A program made the translations under genes and the position numbers. 64,000 bases of DNA from an uncultured Kordia sp. (GTDB taxonomy: Bacteria > Bacteroidota > Bacteroidia > Flavobacteriales > Flavobacteriaceae): contig NZ_CANLEA010000015.1 of the NCBI RefSeq assembly GCF_947489565.1, positions 70,410 through 134,409 on the forward strand. Direction: 5' to 3'. Positions 56,640-64,000 of the stretch are shown in pieces. The notes under the pieces are model-generated. The model was not told the DNA's origin. It was given only the letters and a program-made list of their open reading frames with translations, and did not search any database. Positions within the stretch are counted from its first letter, which is position 1. Every line of letters starts with the position of its first letter.

Positions 56640-59600
56640 ATGAAACAAAAATACCTACTACTATTTACCTTATTCATCTCGTTGCATTTTCAAGCCCAAG
56701 AATGTAATTCATTAATGAAACCTGTTTCGATGCAGGAAAGAACAAACGAAGCCACATTGATTGTGGAAGGAAAAGTGATCAGCAGCGAAAGCTATTGGGA
56801 TACGCCGCATCAAAATATATATACCATTCATGAAATTTCGGTATATAAAAATGCCAAAGGAACAACCGCAAGGACAATTTTTATTGAAACACAAGGCGGA
56901 CAAGTTGACAATCAACTTCAAGAAGTTTCTAGTACAGCAAACTTAAAAAATGGATATGAAGGTGTGTTTTTTCTAAAAAACTCCAATCATACATTTAACA
57001 TTCAGCAGACTACGTATACAATGGTTGCTGCTGCGCAAGGATATATAAAATATGATCGTGCAACCAATAAAGCATTCGGTGTATTTGATAGGTATCAGTC
57101 TATTACAAACGATTTATATCCTACACTAGAACAAGCTACCAAAAAACGAATGGCAATCATTCAAGAAAGACCAACAACTCCAATCATGAATGTATTGATG
57201 GTAGCGCCAACAATATCAAGTTTTGCGCCTACAACGATAACCGCAGGAACAAAATCTACGCTTACTATAAACGGAACAGATTTCGGAACTGCTGCAGGAC
57301 AGGTATTATTTTCAAGAGCCAATGACGGAGGCGCTACGCATGTTGCCGCGCTGGATTCTCAGATAATTATGTGGAGTGATGAATCAATCGTAGTTGAGGT
57401 TCCTCATACTGCTGGAACTGGAACGATTCAGGTCATGAATGCTGATGGAACAACAACAAGTACAGACACACTTACAATACCGTACAGTCATACCAATGCG
57501 ATTTCAACTTCAAACGTGGCATATCCAACTACGATAGAAACGACTAATGGAAGTTTTGCTTTTACATATCATGATGATTTTAATACAAGTGCCGCAAAAC
57601 CATACTTTGAAGAAGCTTTTGACTTATGGAATTGTGAAAGCGGAATCAATTTTGAATTTGGAGCCACGACAGCAGTGGACGTCGTAGCAGATGATGGAAT
57701 TAATATTGTACGTTTTGATAATGGTAGTGAATTGCCAACAGGCGTTCTTGGGCAAGTCGTGACAAGATCCACAAATATATGCACAGGTACAGGAAATGCG
57801 TTTGCCAGAGAAATGGACATTACTTGGAATGACGATATTTATTTTTACTATGGAGATGGAATCCCAAATCCGTCGCAATACGATTTTAAATCGGTGGCTT
57901 TACACGAATTAGGACACACACACCAACTAGCCCATGTAATCAACACAGATAATATTATGCATTATAATTTAGGACCTGGCGTGTCTAAATTTGTATTATT
58001 TGCAGATGATATTGATGCGGCTAACTATACAATGAGTGTCTTTTCGGCGCCACAACAATGCAGTCGTATGACAGATAATAACAAATGTATTTATGTGCCA
58101 GATGATAATTTTGAAGCTTATTTAGAAAGCAATGGCATGGGAAATGGAATTGCGAATGATGATACTGTGACCAAAACGAACATTGCTGGAGTCATCACGT
58201 TGGATGTGTCCAACTTAAACATTTCAGACTTAACAGGGATTCAAAGTTTTACAAGTCTACAATCGTTAAACTGTAGTAATAATCTATTCACGAGTGTTGA
58301 CCTCAGTAAAAACAGTCTCTTAGAAACACTACACATTGAAGATGGCGTACTCAATGACTTAGATATTTCTCAAAACAACGCGTTGATCAATCTGTATTGT
58401 CAAAATAATAATTTATCAGATTTAAACCTTATTCATAACGGAGCGCTCGTAAATTTAGATTGTTCTGAAAATAACTTAACGCTGCTAAATGTTACTCAAA
58501 ATACAAATCTACTTGAACTAAATTGTAGTAATAACGGCATAAGTTCTATAAATCTTACTCAAAATACAGTCTTAGAACATCTAAACTTTTCTCAAAACAA
58601 TTTGCCAAACTTAGATGTAACCCAATGTCCAAATTTAGCATATTTAATTGCCGATAATAATGATCTCACAAGTGTAAACATCACTGTAAACACAGCTTTA
58701 AAAGAACTTTCTATTCCGGACAATCAAATAACAACATTAGATTTAGTTCCGAATACAATATTAGAAAAAGTAAATGCTAACAATAATAATTTAGACTTTC
58801 TAAATATTGCAAATGGGAATAATGCAATTATTGAGTTTACGGCTACTGGAAATCCAGCTTTGACCTGTATCAATGTAGACGATGAAACGGAAAGTTATAT
58901 GTCTACTTGGCTAAAAGACACGGAGGCAGCTTTTAGTGCACATTGCTATGAAACATACATTCCCGATGCTAATTTTGAAAACTATCTGGAAAACAATGGC
59001 ATGGGAAATGGAATTGCTAATGATATGTACGTGACCACTGCGAACATAGATATAATCATAGATTTAGATGTGAAAAACTTAAGCATTTCCGATTTAACAG
59101 GTATTGAAGGATTTAAAGCATTAAGAATTTTAAATGTAAAAACAAATACACTTTCCGCTATCAATCTTTCAAACAATCTCAACTTAACATCTGTGGACGT
59201 TTCCAGTAATAACTTGGTAAGTTTAGATCTGACAGCAAATACAAATCTAACAAATATTGATGCGGAATTTAATGACTTAACCAGCATAGACATCACTGGT
59301 TTAACAGCGTTGTTGACCTTAGATTATGAAGGAAATAACATTACAAATATTGATGTGACAACAAATATCGCATTGACAGAAATACGAGGAGATGACAACA
59401 CAATTGGCACCATTGATCTTTCCAATAATCCAGCATTAAAAACACTGCGGTTAGAAAATGCAGGTTTAAACAGTATCGATCTCAGCAATAATCTTGTAAT
59501 TAGAACGATTAGAATTGGAAATAATAACCTTACGAGTATTGATGTCTCTGGAAACCCAGAAATCTATTCATTTCATGTGAGCAACAATCAACTAACGTTT

Positions 59601-61037
59601 TTAGATATCAAAAACGGAAACAACACCAACATTCCTCCAATCTTTTTTAACGCAACTGGGAATCCAAATTTGGAATGTATCAATGTCGATAATGTTGCTT
59701 TTTCACAAGGAAATTGGCCTTTTAAAGACAATGCATCTTCTTATGGAGAAAACTGTTATGAGACTACGCATGTGCCAGATGCTAATTTTGAAGACTATTT
59801 AGAAAGTAATAATATGGGAAATGGAATTCCTAATGATGGTTTGGTGCTCACTTCAAAAATAGAAACAGTAACAACGCTCAATATTCCGTATCAAAATATT
59901 GCCGATCTCACAGGAATAGAAGACTTTACAGCATTGCAATCATTGTATTGTTACAACAACAACCTTACAAGTTTAGATGTATCCCAAAATCTTTTATTAG
60001 AAGAATTAGACTGTGTAGAAAATCAAATAACGAGTTTGGATTTGAGTCAAAATACAGCCTTAGAATATGTGTTTTGCCAAACCAATGCCTTGACAAGTTT
60101 AAATGCTGCAAATGGCGCGAATCTGAATATTGTAAATTTTGAGATTTACGAAAATCCAAATCTAACCTGCGTAGTCGTGGATGATGCTAGCTATTCTACA
60201 GGTTTTTGGACGAATAAAGATGATCACACTGTTTATAATGATGTCAGTTGTGCTATTGAAATTTCACCAAAAGTATTTTTACAAGGAGCCGCTTTAAATC
60301 CAAATACAGGAGAAGAAACGTTGATGCGTGATGATTTAAGAGTAGCAGGAATGTTGCCAACCACAAGTCCGTATAGTGATAACGCAACCTGTGATGCTAC
60401 TATTTTTAATACTACAGGAGCTGATGCAATTGTCGATTGGGTTTTTGTAGAACTCAGAGATACAACCATCAATACAGCAATCAAAGCACGTCAATCTGCA
60501 TTGCTGCAACGTGATGGTGATGTCGTAGCTGTAGACGGAATTTCGAATCTGAATTTCAACGTTCCATCAGGGAATTACTATGTGGCACTAAAGCACAGAA
60601 ATCACTTGGGAATCATGACAATGAATACAATTGTTTTAACTGCTGTGACCACTTCCGTAGATTTTACAAACACTAGCAATCCAATTACATTCGGAAGTAA
60701 TTCACAAACGACCTTTGAAATGCCAAGTGGAATCGTTGCTATGTGGACAGGAAACACAAATGCAGATATTGCAATTCAATACCTAGGAGGAACTGCTGAT
60801 ACGCCAACTATTTTGGCAACCGCGCTGAATGATGCTGGAAACTTCCTAAACTTACCTACCTATAGTGTTGTTGGATATAAAATAGACGATGCCAATATGG
60901 ACGGAAACAGTCAATACTCAGGAACAAATCCAGATACGCCTTTCATCCTTCAAAATGTATTGGCGCATCCTGGAAATCTCCTAAACTTTAGCACGTATCA
61001 AATCATAGAACAATTGCCAGAAAACTTTAATAACTAA
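56640..61037 (+). CDS. Secreted zinc metalloprotease-like (matrixin/metzincin) protein with IPT/TIG domain, 3 capped LRR cassettes and shared C-terminal domain
   Basis: Signal peptide. PTISSFAPTTITAG IPT-like domain. HELGHTHQLAH plus Met-turn IMHY. Three PDxNFExYLExNxMGNG cassettes. PKVFLQGA...QIIEQLPE domain from 60255. Confidence 0.88.
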   Translation: MKQKYLLLFTLFISLHFQAQECNSLMKPVSMQERTNEATLIVEGKVISSESYWDTPHQNIYTIHEISVYKNAKGTTARTIFIETQGGQVDNQLQEVSSTANLKNGYEGVFFLKNSNHTFNIQQTTYTMVAAAQGYIKYDRATNKAFGVFDRYQSITNDLYPTLEQATKKRMAIIQERPTTPIMNVLMVAPTISSFAPTTITAGTKSTLTINGTDFGTAAGQVLFSRANDGGATHVAALDSQIIMWSDESIVVEVPHTAGTGTIQVMNADGTTTSTDTLTIPYSHTNAISTSNVAYPTTIETTNGSFAFTYHDDFNTSAAKPYFEEAFDLWNCESGINFEFGATTAVDVVADDGINIVRFDNGSELPTGVLGQVVTRSTNICTGTGNAFAREMDITWNDDIYFYYGDGIPNPSQYDFKSVALHELGHTHQLAHVINTDNIMHYNLGPGVSKFVLFADDIDAANYTMSVFSAPQQCSRMTDNNKCIYVPDDNFEAYLESNGMGNGIANDDTVTKTNIAGVITLDVSNLNISDLTGIQSFTSLQSLNCSNNLFTSVDLSKNSLLETLHIEDGVLNDLDISQNNALINLYCQNNNLSDLNLIHNGALVNLDCSENNLTLLNVTQNTNLLELNCSNNGISSINLTQNTVLEHLNFSQNNLPNLDVTQCPNLAYLIADNNDLTSVNITVNTALKELSIPDNQITTLDLVPNTILEKVNANNNNLDFLNIANGNNAIIEFTATGNPALTCINVDDETESYMSTWLKDTEAAFSAHCYETYIPDANFENYLENNGMGNGIANDMYVTTANIDIIIDLDVKNLSISDLTGIEGFKALRILNVKTNTLSAINLSNNLNLTSVDVSSNNLVSLDLTANTNLTNIDAEFNDLTSIDITGLTALLTLDYEGNNITNIDVTTNIALTEIRGDDNTIGTIDLSNNPALKTLRLENAGLNSIDLSNNLVIRTIRIGNNNLTSIDVSGNPEIYSFHVSNNQLTFLDIKNGNNTNIPPIFFNATGNPNLECINVDNVAFSQGNWPFKDNASSYGENCYETTHVPDANFEDYLESNNMGNGIPNDGLVLTSKIETVTTLNIPYQNIADLTGIEDFTALQSLYCYNNNLTSLDVSQNLLLEELDCVENQITSLDLSQNTALEYVFCQTNALTSLNAANGANLNIVNFEIYENPNLTCVVVDDASYSTGFWTNKDDHTVYNDVSCAIEISPKVFLQGAALNPNTGEETLMRDDLRVAGMLPTTSPYSDNATCDATIFNTTGADAIVDWVFVELRDTTINTAIKARQSALLQRDGDVVAVDGISNLNFNVPSGNYYVALKHRNHLGIMTMNTIVLTAVTTSVDFTNTSNPITFGSNSQTTFEMPSGIVAMWTGNTNADIAIQYLGGTADTPTILATALNDAGNFLNLPTYSVVGYKIDDANMDGNSQYSGTNPDTPFILQNVLAHPGNLLNFSTYQIIEQLPENFNN

Positions 61038-61142
61038 AATATTCCCAATTGTAAATTCCTGAAAAATGGAATCTAACTATGAATATAAACAAGACGAACC
61101 TTATTGTGTTAATCCGTTGAAAATTAAATATATGCTAAAAAC

Positions 61143-61200
61143 TGTCCAGTTTTTGTCCAGTGTTATTTGCACATTATTAGTGGATTTACCTGTAGGTTTG
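61143..61200 (+). promoter_or_regulatory. Direct-repeat activator site plus -7 box
   Basis: TGTCCAG at 61143 and 61154. A perfect TAGGTTTG starts at 61193 (+39). Confidence 0.75.
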
Positions 61201-61224
61201 TCTTGTTCAAAAAACAAATCTGCA

Positions 61225-64000
61225 ATGAAACAAAAATCCCTTCTTATTCTTTTAGCGACTTTTATTAGTCATATTGCTATTGCACAAACAACCACGATTC
61301 CCGATGCTAATTTTGAAGCTTTTTTGGAAGCCAACGGTATGGGGAATGGAATTGCAAACGATCAGTTAGTAACGACTGCCAATATCGAAAACGTAACCGT
61401 TCTAAGTTTTAATGTACAGAATAGACCTGCTGGTGAAAACGTTTCAAATACTTCTAACATCAGCGATTTAACAGGAATTGAAGATTTCACCGCATTAGAA
61501 GAACTCAATTGCAATGCATTACAATTGGTACATTTAGATTTAACGAGCAACCTAAATTTAAAAAGGGTATATGCTAACGACAATGTATTACAAACCATTG
61601 ATGTTACCGGACTTGCCGCACTGGAAATATTAGAATGTGATCGCAATGCGCTTGAAAGTCTTTCTTTAAATACAAATCCAGCAATATCTCGTGTATTGGC
61701 GAGCTACAATTCATTTCGAGCAATACACATAAAAAACGGAAACAATGTTGGGATCGATACTTTTAGAGTACAAAACAACCAATATCCCATATGTATCAAT
61801 GTAGATAATACGGCGGAAGGTTTTCTTGCAGAGTGGGATCTGGATCCATTATCTGGCTTTGGAACGCATTGTGGAGAAACAAATATTCCAGATCCTGATT
61901 TCGAAACTGCGCTAGAAACCAATGGTATGGGAAATGGAATTGCCAATGATAACTATGTAATTACAGCAAATATTGAAAACGTAACGACATTAGATCTTAT
62001 TGGAGATATCTTAGATCTCACAGGAATTGAAGATTTTACTTCATTAATAAATTTGAATTGTGCAGGTACAGACATTACTACCGTAAATCTAAGTGCGCTT
62101 ACACAGTTAGAAACATTGAATTGTGAAAATACCAATTTAGTGAGCTTAGATCTCACAGCAAATACCAACCTAACAACGTTAAATGCTTCTGGTACCAATA
62201 TTTCCGAACTAGACCTTTCTCAAAATTCAGCATTAACCGTGCTAAGAGTAAGTTCAAATCCTAATTTAACAGCGCTAAATATAAAAAACGGGAACAACAC
62301 AAATATTACAGAGATTTTTACGGGCGGTACCGAGTCCAATCTATCTTGTATTTTAGTAGATGATCCTGCATATTCACGGGAGAACTGGGTTGTTGCAAAC
62401 TATACTTTATTTAGTGATATCGATTGCAGAGTAACAACAGTTCCTAATCCTCGTTTTCAAGAAAAGTTACAACTTAAACCTGAAGTAGCCAATTCGTTTG
62501 TTAACGACATATTCCTAACGCATAAAATTGAAACGATTACAACCTTAGATATCAGTAATACATCAAGTATTGATGATATGACAGGTATTGAAGATTTTTT
62601 GGGTTTGCAAGAATTAGACTGCTCTAATACGAGCATTACAAGTTTAAATATTGAAACACTTACTGCCTTAACCAAACTATATTGCCATGACAATATACTA
62701 ACAAGTTTAGATGTTAGTCAGAATGTATTACTAACAGAGTTACGTTGTTTTAATACCAATATAACAAGCTTAGATGTAAGTCAAAATGTAGTATTAACGG
62801 AGTTATCTTGTGGAGACACCAATTTAACTAACTTAGATCTCACAGCGAATACCAACCTAACAGCATTGTATGCTTCTGGAATCAATGTTGCCGCATTAGA
62901 CCTTTCTCAAAATTCAGCATTAACCATCCTAAGAGTAGATACGAACCCAAATTTAGTGTCTCTAAATATAAAAAACGGAAACAACATCAATATTACCGAC
63001 ATTATTGTTGGTGATGCATCATCCAATTTGGCTTGTATATTAGTGGATGATCCTGTATACTCACGGGAGAACTGGAGTTTTGTAAATCCTATATTATTTA
63101 GCGATGTAGATTGTGCACTAACAGAAATTCTCGACAATAATTTTGTAGAAAGATTACAACTAATTCCAGAATTAGACGGTGCAATCGTTGGTTCTAATAT
63201 ATTAAATCATAGAGCAGCAACTATTACGGCTATAGATGTAAGTGATTCCAATAGTGTTGATGATTTAACAGGTATTGAAGCCTTTACTGGATTGCAAGAA
63301 TTAGATTGCGCTAACACAAGTATCACAAGTTTAGATCTAAGCCAAAATACAGCCTTAACCAAACTATATTGCCATGACAATGCACTAACAAGCTTAGATG
63401 TAAGTCAGAATGTATTGCTAACGGAATTATATTGTTTCGACAGTGACATCGAAAACTTAGATGTAAGTCAAAATCCAGTATTAACAAAGTTACATTGTTA
63501 CAATAATGACATCGTCAACTTAAATGTAAGTCAAAATCCAGTATTAACAGAGTTGCATTGTTACAGCAATGACATTGTTACCTTAGATCTAAGTCAAAGT
63601 GTATTACTAACGGAATTGCATTGTAGCATTAATAATATGGTAAACTTAGATGTGAGTCAAAACGTATTACTAACGGAATTATATTGCAATGACAATATAT
63701 TAACAGAGTTAGATGTACGCTCAAATACGCAATTGATAGAATTTGATTGCTCGTCCAATCAATTAACACGTGTAAACCTAAAAAGCGGAAACAATGGAGC
63801 GTTGACCACTAGTAAATTAGATGTAAATCCAAACTTAACTTGTATCAAAGTAGATGATCCAACAGCATCTTATTTAGCTGATATTTGGGTAAAAGATGCG
63901 CAAAGTAGTTATGATCTTACTTGTGGCGAAACGTACATTCCTGATGACAATTTTGAAAACTATTTGGAAACCCATGATGCTTCCGGAAATGAAGTTCCTG
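61225..64000 (+). CDS. Fifth giant secreted LRR protein (runs off the window end)
   Basis: Absent from the ORF track because it has no stop. It begins MKQKSLLILLATFISHIAIAQTTTIPDANFEAFLEANGMGNG..., and the same frame reads ...CGETYIPDDNFENYLETHDASGNEVP at the window end. At least 5 LRR cassettes. Confidence 0.9.
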   Translation, partial: MKQKSLLILLATFISHIAIAQTTTIPDANFEAFLEANGMGNGIANDQLVTTANIENVTVLSFNVQNRPAGENVSNTSNISDLTGIEDFTALEELNCNALQLVHLDLTSNLNLKRVYANDNVLQTIDVTGLAALEILECDRNALESLSLNTNPAISRVLASYNSFRAIHIKNGNNVGIDTFRVQNNQYPICINVDNTAEGFLAEWDLDPLSGFGTHCGETNIPDPDFETALETNGMGNGIANDNYVITANIENVTTLDLIGDILDLTGIEDFTSLINLNCAGTDITTVNLSALTQLETLNCENTNLVSLDLTANTNLTTLNASGTNISELDLSQNSALTVLRVSSNPNLTALNIKNGNNTNITEIFTGGTESNLSCILVDDPAYSRENWVVANYTLFSDIDCRVTTVPNPRFQEKLQLKPEVANSFVNDIFLTHKIETITTLDISNTSSIDDMTGIEDFLGLQELDCSNTSITSLNIETLTALTKLYCHDNILTSLDVSQNVLLTELRCFNTNITSLDVSQNVVLTELSCGDTNLTNLDLTANTNLTALYASGINVAALDLSQNSALTILRVDTNPNLVSLNIKNGNNINITDIIVGDASSNLACILVDDPVYSRENWSFVNPILFSDVDCALTEILDNNFVERLQLIPELDGAIVGSNILNHRAATITAIDVSDSNSVDDLTGIEAFTGLQELDCANTSITSLDLSQNTALTKLYCHDNALTSLDVSQNVLLTELYCFDSDIENLDVSQNPVLTKLHCYNNDIVNLNVSQNPVLTELHCYSNDIVTLDLSQSVLLTELHCSINNMVNLDVSQNVLLTELYCNDNILTELDVRSNTQLIEFDCSSNQLTRVNLKSGNNGALTTSKLDVNPNLTCIKVDDPTASYLADIWVKDAQSSYDLTCGETYIPDDNFENYLETHDASGNEVP

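Noticed and set aside
29859-61037. Repeated C-terminal domain copies as diversity-generating retroelement template/variable repeats
   Set aside because: No reverse transcriptase is in the window, all copies are coding, and the differences I inspected are mostly synonymous and not adenine-specific.
31202-61200. Direct repeats as invertase/recombinase sites for phase variation
   Set aside because: The repeats are short, tandem and fixed relative to -7 boxes. No invertible promoter with flanking inverted repeats and no recombinase gene was seen.
25731-63137. Numerous 60-130-aa antisense or alternate-frame ORFs in the track overlapping the giant genes
   Set aside because: They are shadows of repetitive coding sequence with no recognisable motifs.
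63390-63720. Regularly spaced short DNA repeats resembling a CRISPR array
   Set aside because: The 63-bp period equals 21-aa LRRs in an open reading frame. There are no unique spacers and no cas genes.

Overview
AT-rich window from a marine Flavobacteriaceae-type (Bacteroidota) genome. The taxon is inferred from SusC/SusD genes, TAnnTTTG promoters and protein style. It has three parts. (1) 1-20.5 kb is a carbohydrate-utilisation locus: LacI, galK, NrtR-type and GntR regulators, SusC/SusD, an FG-GAP/ASPIC-UnbV lipoprotein, a signal-peptide-less GH36-like alpha-galactosidase, an SSS symporter, a GlpK-GlpD fusion and a vanadium-haloperoxidase-like lipoprotein. This gene set fits import and catabolism of alpha-galactosylglycerol (floridoside/isofloridoside). 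(2) 20.6-24.9 kb holds an orphan double-glycine Cys/Ser/Thr-rich peptide gene, a TPR histidine kinase/LytTR pair and a lipoprotein. (3) 24.9-64 kb is an array of five giant repeat surface proteins (LRR, FG-GAP, PKD/BspA, metalloprotease). The four complete ones share a ~260-aa C-terminal domain with a dockerin-like duplication and show no classical T9SS signal. They are interleaved with four membrane-anchored TPR-LuxR-HTH regulators and one sensor-less copy. Six promoters in this region share a direct repeat whose proximal copy lies exactly 39 nt upstream of a Bacteroidota -7 box. Two homologous unannotated ~50-aa ORFs, two families of duplicated structured elements and a 230-bp TIR-bounded element were also found. 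No tRNA, rRNA, CRISPR array or transposase was seen. All function calls come from motif recognition, not database searches.
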